The notes beneath the pieces are model-generated. The model ran no database searches, was not told the DNA's origin, and saw only the letters and a list, made by a program, of their open reading frames with translations. From a virus, in IMG/VR virus record IMGVR_UViG_3300022745_000023, positions 1 to 64,000 of that record: a DNA stretch of 64,000 nucleotides; one strand, given 5' to 3'. The translations under genes and the position numbers were made by a program. Of the stretch, positions 25,108-34,119 are shown in pieces. Positions within the stretch are counted from its first letter, which is position 1. The number at the start of each line of letters is the position of its first letter.

Positions 25108-25881
25108 CCACTTCCCACTAGCACTTCCCTGTTTTCTCGCACTGCGGATGTCGCGGCACTCCGAGCCCGTCTTGCGCCGATTCCTTACGTCTCGGTCGAC
25201 GCAATGTCGGACGACGAATTGTGGGCGAATCTTGTTGCGGCGGAGGCGGAGGCCTCCCGTGCGCTGCGCGTGCTGTTCGAGCCGACCGTCGTCATCCCGG
25301 AGGATGCGCCGCAGTCCGAGATTGACGCGCTGGTCGCGTCGAACACCAAGTTCATGCAGGAATCGCCCTACGACTACGACCCGTCCGATTGGACGATGGA
25401 CGTGTGGGGCTTCATCTTGCTTCGGCAAAAGCCGGTGATCAGCGTGGACTCGATGAAGTTCACCTATCCGACTCCGGCAAGTGACGTCCTCATCGTGCCG
25501 AGCAACTGGATTCGCCTCGACAAGAAGTATGGGCACCTGCGCGTCGTCCCGACCGGGACGCTGATGGGCATGGGGCCGCTGTCGTCCTATCTGCTGCAGG
25601 CGATGTCGTCTGGCCGAATCATCCCGAACATGGTCCACATTCGCTATACGGCGGGCCTCTCGAACGTGGCCGAGGATTGGCCCGATCTGGTGTCGCTGGT
25701 GAAGCGCATGGCGTCGATGAAGATTCTCAAGCAAGCGTTTGTGCCGCAATCCGGCTCGATTTCGGCGGATGGCCTGTCGCAATCATCCAGCCTTGACCTC
25801 GAAAAAATGCAGGACGCCATCGACAAGGATCTGAATGATCTGCGCGATTCGATCCATGGCGTTCGCCTCGGGGTGTTTTGA
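25105..25881 (+). CDS. Head-tail adaptor/neck protein
   Basis: IRYTAG, S.SISADGLSQS; position. Confidence 0.7.
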   Translation: MPLPTSTSLFSRTADVAALRARLAPIPYVSVDAMSDDELWANLVAAEAEASRALRVLFEPTVVIPEDAPQSEIDALVASNTKFMQESPYDYDPSDWTMDVWGFILLRQKPVISVDSMKFTYPTPASDVLIVPSNWIRLDKKYGHLRVVPTGTLMGMGPLSSYLLQAMSSGRIIPNMVHIRYTAGLSNVAEDWPDLVSLVKRMASMKILKQAFVPQSGSISADGLSQSSSLDLEKMQDAIDKDLNDLRDSIHGVRLGVF

Positions 25882-26510
25882 TGCAGTTGTCCCCGGCCCG
25901 CTTTAACGCGCACCTCGCCAAAATGGGGCAGTCCTTTTCGTGGCGTCGCGGTTACGCCTGCCCCTGCATCAATCCCTCGTCTGGCCAGCCCAAGGCGAAT
26001 TGCCGCCAGTGCAAGGGCAAGGGGCGCCTGTGGGGTGATGCGTCGGATGGCTGGGCCGGCGTTGTCAGCCAAAGCCGCCTGCGGAACTATGCCGCGTTCG
26101 GTATCTGGGACGCGGATGACATTCTCCTGTCGATCCCTTCCGATTCGCCGCTCTATGCCATGGGGCAATTCGACCGCATTGAAGCGATGAACCGCACGGA
26201 GCCGTTCTCGATTAATTTCGTGCGCGGCCTGAATGATTTGGTGCGCTTCGATGTGGTGTCGCTGAATCGCGCCTTCTATCTGGACGCGGGCGAGAACATC
26301 GTGGAATTGCCGCTGCCGACCATCAACCCCAACGGCACGATCACTTGGGCGGCGGGCGGGCCGCCGGCACAAGCAACATTCTCCCTCACTGGTCGTCGCC
26401 ATCCCTCCTATTACTGCTATATGGAGTTGCCGACCGACCGCCCGATCCATTCGGGGGCGCTGCTCCCGCGCAAGGTTGTCCTGCGCCGCTTCGATCTTTT
26501 CGGCAAATGA
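25878..26510 (+). CDS. Neck/head-closure protein with Zn-finger
   Basis: ACPC...CRQCKGKG. Confidence 0.7.
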   Translation: MMQLSPARFNAHLAKMGQSFSWRRGYACPCINPSSGQPKANCRQCKGKGRLWGDASDGWAGVVSQSRLRNYAAFGIWDADDILLSIPSDSPLYAMGQFDRIEAMNRTEPFSINFVRGLNDLVRFDVVSLNRAFYLDAGENIVELPLPTINPNGTITWAAGGPPAQATFSLTGRRHPSYYCYMELPTDRPIHSGALLPRKVVLRRFDLFGK

Positions 26511-27358
26511 GCGACTACAAGCTATCTGTTGACCTCGGCCCGCTGCTGGGTGCGAACTCCGCCATTGCGGAGGCGATTTTCCCGCTCGTCAGTCAGGCAG
26601 TTGAAGCTGTGGCCGAGGAAGGCGCGTTCCGCTGGAAGCAGGCCATCATGAAGGCGAAGCTATGGCAGGGCGAAAAGGCGCCCTATGTCGAGTCGATTTC
26701 ATGGAAGATGGTCAACCCGTTTGAGGCGGAAATTTCCACCGACTACAAGCTGGCTGGTGAAATTGAGACGGGCCGCCCGGCCAAAGACCTCAAGAAGATG
26801 CTGCTCACCTCCAAGAAGGTGCGCGTCACAAAGAGCGGCACTCGCTACCTCATTATTCCGTTCCGCCACAACACGCCGGGGAATGATGCGCTTGCCCCGG
26901 CGATGCCGGATGGCGTCTATTCCGCTGCAAAGGCGCTCTCGCCGTCCTATGTCGTGGGGAGCGGGCTTCGGGTGTCTGGGCAGGCTAACCCGTCCCTGTT
27001 GGCGCGGTGGTCGAAGGTTGGAGCAAGCCGTGTGGCGCGCGGAGCTGGGCCGGCTGGGATGCTGGTCCATCAAGCCAAATATGCGTGGGGCGACCGCCTG
27101 CCCGCCGGGATGGCCCCGAAATTGAAGCCCCACCACAAGACGGACCCCTACGCGGGGATGGTGCGCTTCGATACCTCTGCGGGCAAGGCCAAGTCCTCGT
27201 CATATCTCATATTTCGCGTCATGTCCGAGAAATCGTCTGGCTGGATCGTCGGCCCGCGCCCCGGCCTGTATCTGGCGAAAGAGGTTGCGGACAGCCTCCA
27301 AGGCGTTCTGGATGAAGCCGTGGGGCAGGCTGTCACACTAAAGGCGCTTCGACTCTAA
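26507..27358 (+). CDS. Neck/tail completion protein
   Basis: YLIIPFRH, FRVMSEKSSGW; ATGA overlap. Confidence 0.65.
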   Translation: MSDYKLSVDLGPLLGANSAIAEAIFPLVSQAVEAVAEEGAFRWKQAIMKAKLWQGEKAPYVESISWKMVNPFEAEISTDYKLAGEIETGRPAKDLKKMLLTSKKVRVTKSGTRYLIIPFRHNTPGNDALAPAMPDGVYSAAKALSPSYVVGSGLRVSGQANPSLLARWSKVGASRVARGAGPAGMLVHQAKYAWGDRLPAGMAPKLKPHHKTDPYAGMVRFDTSAGKAKSSSYLIFRVMSEKSSGWIVGPRPGLYLAKEVADSLQGVLDEAVGQAVTLKALRL

Positions 27359-27360
27359 AG

Positions 27361-27400
27361 GTCGTGACAGAAGAATGTGGACCATGATTTTGATGGTCCA
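27361..27400 (+). promoter_or_regulatory. Late promoter plus hairpin over the ATG
   Basis: GTCGTGAC-AGA-A-GAA-T; ATG at +23; TGGACCAT/ATGGTCCA. Confidence 0.75.
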
Positions 27401-28220
27401 GCCTCTTGCTTCGGGCAACGCTCTGCGGGTGATTATGGCCCCGCCGACCAGTGCGACGCGCATCCGTCTTTTGCGTAAGAGCGCATTGCCCTTTTCTGGG
27501 TTTGATGACTCGGACGCGGTTCTGATCGCGGATGGCATGGACAAGGCCGTCACGGATTACGCCGGCCTGCTTAATGGGGAAGCCGTCTGGTACGGCGCCT
27601 TCTATTTGATCGGGGGCGAATGGGTCGCCGCTACCCCAAAGCAGGGGACGCCAAGCGCTACCTTCGTGGATATCGGCCCGAATGTGCTCTCCATTGTGCG
27701 GGACCGCCTTGAACTCGGCTTGAAGGTCTATGTGGATCGCGGCGTTCTGGTGCATGAGCGCGGCTTCATCCCAACGATGGTCGCCTCTCCGCAAGTCGAG
27801 GAAGCGCCGCTTCCGCTGGTGACGGTCCATCTTGCGAATGATGCGCCGGATATGCGCGCTGTTGGCGAGGTGGTCGGAAGCGATGTATTCGATCCGGTGT
27901 CGGGCAAGTGGCTGTCGTTCGAGGGCGGTATCAGCAAGACCGACCTGACGATTGTTGCTTGGAGCCTCAATTCGGATGAGCGCATCACTTTGCGCGAGTG
28001 CATTGGCGCCATCCTGCGCGCGAACTTCCCGGTATTCGACTATGCCGGCCTTCTGCTGGTGTCGTGGAACTGCACCGATATGGAGGACTTCGAGCGATAT
28101 CAGGTTCCGATGTATCAGGTGGTCTACCAATTTTCTTGCTACGCGCCATCGGCAATTTCAGCGCCAAGCGATGCAATCAGCGAAGTCACAGTAACCAACT
28201 TGGGGAATCAAAATGGCTAA
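27384..28220 (+). CDS. Tail terminator-like protein
   Basis: Position before the sheath; PLVTVHL. Confidence 0.6.
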   Translation: MILMVQPLASGNALRVIMAPPTSATRIRLLRKSALPFSGFDDSDAVLIADGMDKAVTDYAGLLNGEAVWYGAFYLIGGEWVAATPKQGTPSATFVDIGPNVLSIVRDRLELGLKVYVDRGVLVHERGFIPTMVASPQVEEAPLPLVTVHLANDAPDMRAVGEVVGSDVFDPVSGKWLSFEGGISKTDLTIVAWSLNSDERITLRECIGAILRANFPVFDYAGLLLVSWNCTDMEDFERYQVPMYQVVYQFSCYAPSAISAPSDAISEVTVTNLGNQNG

Positions 28221-28473
28221 GGCACCTACCTCTCTTGACGATCAAACCGATGCTTCGGCTCTCGATGCTTCGGCTCCTGACGCACCGACTCCCGATGCGC
28301 CGGATGCGTTTCCCCTCGCCATCGACGAGTTCTGCGCTCGCCTGTCCGTCTCCGACCGGCGCGTTGAACTGATTGGCGCTTTTCATGCGGTCGAAAAGGC
28401 TGCCGGGCGCATCAAGGATCTCGAATCCGCTTTCGCTGAACGCTTCGCTGCGTTCGTCAATCAGCCCGCGTAA
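28213..28473 (+). CDS. Small pre-sheath protein
   Basis: ORF, synteny. Confidence 0.65.
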   Translation: MAKAPTSLDDQTDASALDASAPDAPTPDAPDAFPLAIDEFCARLSVSDRRVELIGAFHAVEKAAGRIKDLESAFAERFAAFVNQPA

Positions 28474-28488
28474 TGGGAGGTTAAACCA

Positions 28489-30201
28489 ATGGCTGTTTTC
28501 TTCAACGGTCGGCTGTGGACCAGCCCGGCCACCATGTCCAAGGTCGATGATTCGGCCATGTATAACGCCAATGCCAGCACTGGCAATGTGCTGGCCATCA
28601 TTGGCAAGTCGTCGGGTGGCAAGCCCTTTTCTGCCTTGCACTTCGGATCGCCCGATGAAGCCAAGGCCGCTGGCATCGACGGCGAATCGCTCAAGGCAAT
28701 TGCGCTGGCGTTCGATCCCTCGCCGCAGGTGCCCGGTCCCTCGGAAGTCGTGTTCATCCGTGTCAATCCGGCTGTGCAGGCAGCGCTTGCGCTCAAGGAT
28801 GCTGCGAATGCGACGGTCATCAATCTGACCAGCACGGACTACGGCCTGCGCACCAACCAAATCAAGGTCAAGATCGAAGCTGGTTCCACGACCGGAAAGA
28901 AGGTCACTACCGCGCTCGGCAACGACTACTATTCCGCCGACAATGTGGCGCGTAACGCCTTCTCGATCCAGTATTCGGGCGCAGCGACCACCGCCAACAT
29001 CAGCGTGTCAAACTCCGCCGTCACGCTTGTTGCTGATGCGGCGACCACGGTCATCGACCTCAATGCTTTCCAGACCATCGGGCAGGTGGTGGACCGCATC
29101 AATGCGGTGGCTGGCTTCGCCGCCTCGGTTCTGGATGGCAACTCGGAAAAGCCTGCCCTGAACGGCCTTGACTCGTTGCAGGCCGTGGACTGCAAGAGCG
29201 CCGCCGTCACGGTCACGGCAAACTTGCAAGCCATCATCGACTGGCTGAACAGTGCGGGCGAGGGTTTTGTCACCGCTGCGCGCCCGGCCAATGTCGGCAC
29301 GCTGCCGGTAAATGCCCCCTATACCTATCTGGCCGGTGGGTCTGATGGCACGGTGACCAACACCGAATGGCAGAGCGCGTTCGATGTGCTGCAAACGGTC
29401 GATGTGCAATGGCTCGTCCCCATTTCGGCCAGCCCTTCGATCTGGGCCATGGCTGACACTCATGCCAGCTACATGAGCAACATCGGGCGGATGGAGCGCC
29501 GGGTGATCGTTGGTGATGCGACCGGCGTGACCGATGATGCAGCGATTGCGGCAGCGAAGCTGCTGAACAGCGACCGCACCTCGTACACGCATCTTGGCAT
29601 CTACGACTACGACGCCAACGGCAAGCTGACGCTCTACCCGGCCTATCTGGCGGCGGCGGCGATTGCTGGCGGCTTTGCCGGTTCCAACCCCGGCACGCCG
29701 ATGACCAACAAGGCGCTCAAGATCCGTGGCATCGAGCGCAACTTGCGCAACCCGACCGACACCGACCGGCTTATCAACGGCGGCGTTCTCTGCATCGAGA
29801 ACACCGCCAAGGGCTTCAAGGTCGTGAAGTCGATCACCACTTGGCTCGTCAACCAGAATTACAACCGCGTCGAGGTTTCGACCGGCGTTGCGACCGACTA
29901 TGTGTCGCGTAGCGTCCGCGACAAGCTGGATGATCTGCGCGGGGCCAAGGGCAGCCCGACGCTGCTGTCGGAAGCGGTCAGCCGCACCGATACGATCCTC
30001 AAGGAATTGGCCAAGAGCGAGGCGCAGGGCGGTATGGGCGTGATTGTTGGTGATGCCACCAACCCGGCCTACAAGAACATCACCGCCACGCTTTCCGGTG
30101 ATGTGGTGACTGTTTCGTTCGAGTGCAGTCCGGTGATCCCGGCTAACTATATCGCCGTCACCATCCACACCGTTCCCTATTCGGGGTCTGCCTCGGCCTG
30201 A
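28489..30201 (+). CDS. Tail sheath protein
   Basis: 570 aa; LAGGSDG, L..GV..IE, PVIPANYI. Confidence 0.92.
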   Translation: MAVFFNGRLWTSPATMSKVDDSAMYNANASTGNVLAIIGKSSGGKPFSALHFGSPDEAKAAGIDGESLKAIALAFDPSPQVPGPSEVVFIRVNPAVQAALALKDAANATVINLTSTDYGLRTNQIKVKIEAGSTTGKKVTTALGNDYYSADNVARNAFSIQYSGAATTANISVSNSAVTLVADAATTVIDLNAFQTIGQVVDRINAVAGFAASVLDGNSEKPALNGLDSLQAVDCKSAAVTVTANLQAIIDWLNSAGEGFVTAARPANVGTLPVNAPYTYLAGGSDGTVTNTEWQSAFDVLQTVDVQWLVPISASPSIWAMADTHASYMSNIGRMERRVIVGDATGVTDDAAIAAAKLLNSDRTSYTHLGIYDYDANGKLTLYPAYLAAAAIAGGFAGSNPGTPMTNKALKIRGIERNLRNPTDTDRLINGGVLCIENTAKGFKVVKSITTWLVNQNYNRVEVSTGVATDYVSRSVRDKLDDLRGAKGSPTLLSEAVSRTDTILKELAKSEAQGGMGVIVGDATNPAYKNITATLSGDVVTVSFECSPVIPANYIAVTIHTVPYSGSASA

Positions 30202-30222
30202 TTTCGCCGCTGGCCTGTAAGG

Positions 30223-30258
30223 AAGGGGGTCGCGCTTTGGTGCGGCCCCTTTTCGTTT
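30223..30258 (+). terminator. Intrinsic terminator after the sheath
   Basis: AAGGGGGTCGC..GCGGCCCCTTTT. Confidence 0.8.
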
Positions 30259-30262
30259 GCAA

Positions 30263-30285
30263 GTCGTGACTGCAATCTTTGGGCA
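30263..30285 (+). promoter_or_regulatory. Late promoter for tube/lysis genes
   Basis: GTCGTGAC-TGC-A-ATC-T, A at +22, directly after the terminator. Confidence 0.8.
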
Positions 30286-30313
30286 TCGCATTTTCTCAAA
30301 CCGCGAGGTTCAA

Positions 30314-30739
30314 ATGGCATCTACCAATCTCAAGACGCGCAGCGGCAACCGCGTCGTGGTGTCGTTCGATGGCAAGCAGATTGGCCTTGTCCAGTCCGTT
30401 CGCATGAACGATGACTATGGCCCGGAACCGGCTTCCGGCATCGGGGACATTCATGTTCAGGAATACGTGCCGACCATGGCGCGGCATTCGCTTTCGGTGT
30501 CCAGCATGGTCCTCTTTGTCGGCGCAATGCGCGAGGCCGGGCTGACTGCTGAAAACGGCGATGCTGTCCTGCAAGGGCTTGTTTTCGACATTACCGTTTT
30601 CTCGAAGGATGACGGCTCACAACTTCGCAAGTACGTCGGCTGCTCCTATGCGTCCGGCGATGTGGAAGTGAATAAGCACGCAATCATCATGGCGAACGGC
30701 CAGTTCAACGCGCTCGATGTGAGCGGCACCGGCCTGTAA
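30314..30739 (+). CDS. Tail tube protein
   Basis: 141 aa after the sheath; GAGG RBS. Confidence 0.85.
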   Translation: MASTNLKTRSGNRVVVSFDGKQIGLVQSVRMNDDYGPEPASGIGDIHVQEYVPTMARHSLSVSSMVLFVGAMREAGLTAENGDAVLQGLVFDITVFSKDDGSQLRKYVGCSYASGDVEVNKHAIIMANGQFNALDVSGTGL

Positions 30740-30746
30740 GGAGGGC

Positions 30747-31085
30747 GTGATGCTCGATAAGATCAAGGCCTACCTTTCGGCGCTGTTTGGCCTCCGGCGC
30801 GGCTGGCTGGCGGATTTCCGTCTTTGGATTCTCGCCGTTCCCGCCCTGTTCGTTCTGTCCATTGACACGCCGGTCATGGACACGCTGCTGTATTCGCTCA
30901 CGGCGATGCTGGTGGTGGTGGCTTTGGCGCATGTGATGCGCCGGATTCTCTTTCACTACATCGACCTTGAAGTGGTGTTCGACAAGGCTACCGAATCGCC
31001 GCAAGGCGCTGGTTTGGTGTTCCTCGGCATCTGCTTGGTGATTTTGGCGTTTGTCCTTGGGACCGCGCTCTGGATCGCCAAATGA
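30747..31085 (+). CDS. Holin (3 TM)
   Basis: Three hydrophobic segments, precedes the endolysin. Confidence 0.75.
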   Translation: MMLDKIKAYLSALFGLRRGWLADFRLWILAVPALFVLSIDTPVMDTLLYSLTAMLVVVALAHVMRRILFHYIDLEVVFDKATESPQGAGLVFLGICLVILAFVLGTALWIAK

Positions 31086-31690
31086 TTCCGGCGCTGGCCA
31101 AGGTTTACATTCCTCTCTTGGGGTCGGTCACGGCAGCGCTGTGGCCGACCATGCCTGACAGGCCGACGCTGGCGGCGCAGATTGAGCAAGAAACGTGCGC
31201 CTCGTTGACCAGCAAAAAGTGCTGGAACCCCAAGGCTGAACTCAAAACCTCGCGGGAATACGGCTTCGGCCTCGGCCAACTCACGGTAACGCCGCAATTC
31301 AACAATTTCAAGGCGGCGAAGGGCTGGGATCGCTCCCTTGCCGGTTGGGAGTGGTCTGATCGGTTCGACCCGGCGATGCAGCTTCGCGCGCTGGTGGCCT
31401 ACGACCGCAATCTCTATTTGCAGGTGAAGTTTGCTGCGACGCCGGAGGATCGGCTGGCGTTCACCTTCTCTGCCTACAACGGCGGCCTAGGCGGTGTCTT
31501 GAAAGACCGGCGCATGTGCGCCGCAATCAAGGGCTGCAATCCGAATGTCTGGTTTGGGCATGTCGAGCGGCACTCGTTCCGCTCCAAGACTGCCGTCAAG
31601 GGATATGGCCAGTCCTTTTTCGATGTGAATCGTGGCTATGTCCGCAACATCATGGTCATCAGGGCCGTGAAGTATAGGGGGCTTCTGTGA
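31082..31690 (+). CDS. Endolysin, SLT-family lytic transglycosylase
   Basis: QIEQET, GLGQ, AYNGG. Confidence 0.9.
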   Translation: MIPALAKVYIPLLGSVTAALWPTMPDRPTLAAQIEQETCASLTSKKCWNPKAELKTSREYGFGLGQLTVTPQFNNFKAAKGWDRSLAGWEWSDRFDPAMQLRALVAYDRNLYLQVKFAATPEDRLAFTFSAYNGGLGGVLKDRRMCAAIKGCNPNVWFGHVERHSFRSKTAVKGYGQSFFDVNRGYVRNIMVIRAVKYRGLL

Positions 31691-32211
31691 CTGGTCCTTC
31701 GCACGGCGTATCTCGCAAGATTTCCGAGTTCATCAACTACCCCGATCATGCCGCGCGCACTACATCGGCGGAATTTTCGCGCAACCGGCGCCAATTGCTG
31801 GTCAAGCTGGATTTGCCCTGCTTCATCTGCCAGAGCCGCGACCATCGGGAAGTGCATCACCTGATCGAGTGGAGCCTGTTTCCGGCCATCGATACGGAAA
31901 AGATGCTCGACACGCTGCATCTTTTTGACCCCTACGGCTTCACTCACCAAATGGGCGAGAAGCCCATTGAATCCCCCGACGACATTCGCAACCTGCTCGT
32001 TCTGTGCGGCCATTGTGAGGTGGATGGGACGCCGGTTCCCGGCGGCCATCATCGCGGGATCAATGCGGGCATCCATGAATTGACGTTCCCGATCTGGATC
32101 GCACAGCGATGCGCCAAGGATGGCATGTCGATCACGAAGGCGATTTTGCATGTGCAGGATCTTGACGCTGTTCTGCGCGGCGGTCGGAAGCCTCAACCGA
32201 AAAAGGAGTGA
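31687..32211 (+). CDS. HNH-like (His-Me finger) protein inside the lysis cassette
   Basis: CFIC..EVHH..NLLVLC..HHRG. Confidence 0.65.
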   Translation: MTGPSHGVSRKISEFINYPDHAARTTSAEFSRNRRQLLVKLDLPCFICQSRDHREVHHLIEWSLFPAIDTEKMLDTLHLFDPYGFTHQMGEKPIESPDDIRNLLVLCGHCEVDGTPVPGGHHRGINAGIHELTFPIWIAQRCAKDGMSITKAILHVQDLDAVLRGGRKPQPKKE

Positions 32212-32215
32212 TTGA

Positions 32216-32809
32216 ATGTTCGGGAACCTTTTGCGTTTTGTTGGAGGCCAGTCATTTTTGTCTGGCTTTACGCTTTGGGTGGCGCTTGGCATTGCGATTT
32301 CGTCGTTCGGCGCGGGCTGGACTGTGCGCGGCTGGCGCGCGGATGCGAAAGAGGCCAAGGCTGAAACCAAGGCCGTCACGCAAACGCTGGTGCGCCAGCA
32401 AGCCGGGGACGCTGTCATCGCCAAGGCCGATGTGGAAAACCGGCAAATCGTTTATCGGTACGTCACGCGGTGGCGCACCATTGACGCCGCATCTGCTGCG
32501 GTGAAGGAGGAAGCACGCGATGCTGAAAATCAAGCTGCCGTTTCTGGTGCTCCCGTTGTCGGCCTGTCTCCTGAATGGGTGCGCCTCTACAACGCCGCCC
32601 TCCGCCCCGGTGGTGGTGAAAATCAGGGCGCCGGAGGAACTGTTGGCCCGGCCAGCGGAGCCGATCAGCCTGCCGCCGACGCGCCGACCGAATGGGACGT
32701 CCTCTCGAACCACATCGAAAACGCAAAACGCTGGTCAGAATGCCGCGCCCAACTCAACGCATTGATTGATGTAGAGAAAGGTGGCCAGACTGGCGTCGTG
32801 ACTCCATAA
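32216..32809 (+). CDS. Rz: i-spanin (Rz-like)
   Basis: N-terminal TM, periplasmic helical domain. Confidence 0.78.
   Translation: MFGNLLRFVGGQSFLSGFTLWVALGIAISSFGAGWTVRGWRADAKEAKAETKAVTQTLVRQQAGDAVIAKADVENRQIVYRYVTRWRTIDAASAAVKEEARDAENQAAVSGAPVVGLSPEWVRLYNAALRPGGGENQGAGGTVGPASGADQPAADAPTEWDVLSNHIENAKRWSECRAQLNALIDVEKGGQTGVVTP
32520..32765 (+). CDS. Rz1: o-spanin lipoprotein embedded in Rz (+1 frame)
   Basis: Signal peptide with LLNG-C lipobox, Pro-rich; AGGAGG RBS. Confidence 0.8.
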   Translation: MLKIKLPFLVLPLSACLLNGCASTTPPSAPVVVKIRAPEELLARPAEPISLPPTRRPNGTSSRTTSKTQNAGQNAAPNSTH

Positions 32810-32851
32810 ACCGTGCTTGCGGGCATTTGGCTGATGGGGGACTGTTGAGGG

Positions 32852-33307
32852 ATGGATCGCGTGGCTGAAATTAAGGAAGCGGTAGAAAGTGCGAAGGCTC
32901 AAGCGGCCTTGGAAGCGGCGATCAATTCGCTGACTGGCGAGGTCAAACGCCTCACCATCACGGTTGACGAAAACAACCGGCGACTTGAGCGCGTTTCCGT
33001 TCTCGAAGCGAATCACGACACTCAAAGCAATGCGCTTGGCCGTGCCTTTGATGAGATTGAAGAACTTCGCAAAGACGTCGAAGGAGAAATCTCTGAAATC
33101 CGGCGCGAGGTGGGGGCTGCGAGGTCTGAAAACGCCACCGAACACAAGGGCTATGACCGCTACATTTGGGTCTGCATCGGATTCGCATCGGCCATCTCAA
33201 TCATGTGGTCCATCCTCGGCTATCGCCTGAATCAGGCTCTTGACCAGCACCAGTCCACCATTGCGCGCATGGAGGCCTACATGGACGCGAATGTGGGGAA
33301 GAAGTAA
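32852..33307 (+). CDS. Coiled-coil protein with C-terminal TM (XhlA/holin-accessory-like)
   Basis: Heptads followed by YIWVCIGFASAISIMWSILG. Confidence 0.6.
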   Translation: MDRVAEIKEAVESAKAQAALEAAINSLTGEVKRLTITVDENNRRLERVSVLEANHDTQSNALGRAFDEIEELRKDVEGEISEIRREVGAARSENATEHKGYDRYIWVCIGFASAISIMWSILGYRLNQALDQHQSTIARMEAYMDANVGKK

Positions 33308-33528
33308 TGGATCGGCAATCTGATGATGTTGACGCCGCCGCTGATCTGGCGGCGCGTGAGCGGGAAACGATGATTGCCCGCGCTCGTAGCAAGATTGGCT
33401 CTTGCGAACTTACCCCATCTGGCGAATGCCATTGGTGCGGCGCCGATGTTTCCAAGCCCCGTCTGTTCTGCGATAGCAATTGCGCGAAATCGTGGCAGGA
33501 ATTTGAGCGTCGGAAAAGCCGGCGCTAA
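33307..33528 (+). CDS. TraR/DksA-like C4 Zn-finger protein
   Basis: D..D.A N-terminal helix; CHWC..FCDSNC. Confidence 0.65.
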   Translation: MDRQSDDVDAAADLAARERETMIARARSKIGSCELTPSGECHWCGADVSKPRLFCDSNCAKSWQEFERRKSRR

Positions 33529-33539
33529 AGGAGAAGAAA

Positions 33540-33893
33540 ATGCGGCAACTGCGTGAAACCGATTTTTTTGTGCCCCTGCCCGAAGTGGGCACTTTTCGTT
33601 TTGGCCGTCGCACGTTTGGCGACCGGCTGGCCATCCGGGCTGAATACCTGCGTCTGGTCAAGGAGCATGGGGATGAAGACCCCGATCTGTCGCTCTTTGC
33701 CGGCATGATCGCAACGCATTCGGTCCTCTGTGTTGAGGCCCCGGATGGCTGGTCGGATCTGGCCGCTCTCGAACTCAACGAGGACACCGACGCCAAGGTG
33801 TTTGAACTGTACCGGGAGTTGAAGGATAAGGAGGACTCCTTTCGCAAAGGAGTCACCAAAAGCGGCGAAGGTGAAGGGCCGGGAACTTCATGA
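33540..33893 (+). CDS. Tail assembly chaperone (G)
   Basis: Two genes upstream of the tape measure. Confidence 0.75.
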   Translation: MRQLRETDFFVPLPEVGTFRFGRRTFGDRLAIRAEYLRLVKEHGDEDPDLSLFAGMIATHSVLCVEAPDGWSDLAALELNEDTDAKVFELYRELKDKEDSFRKGVTKSGEGEGPGTS

Positions 33894-34119
33894 CACCTAT
33901 GCCTTCTGGTTCCGCCGAAAATACAACTTGCCCCCGAATGATCCTCGCTTTCTCGAACTAACGCCGGAGGACGTTGAGGCGGAATATTGGGCGCATTACT
34001 ACGCCGAAAATTCCGGCAAGGGCGAGGAATATGAAGATGATGACCTCGATGTTGCGGCAATCATGGAAAGCCTTGCCGCTGGTTCTGCTGATGATTGGGA
34101 GGAAGTAATCAATGGTTGA
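33841..34119 (+). CDS. Tail assembly chaperone extension (T), probably reached by +1 frameshift
   Basis: +1 frame open from TCC TTT CGC; WFRRKYNLPPNDPRFL. Confidence 0.65.
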   Translation, partial: FAKESPKAAKVKGRELHDTYAFWFRRKYNLPPNDPRFLELTPEDVEAEYWAHYYAENSGKGEEYEDDDLDVAAIMESLAAGSADDWEEVING

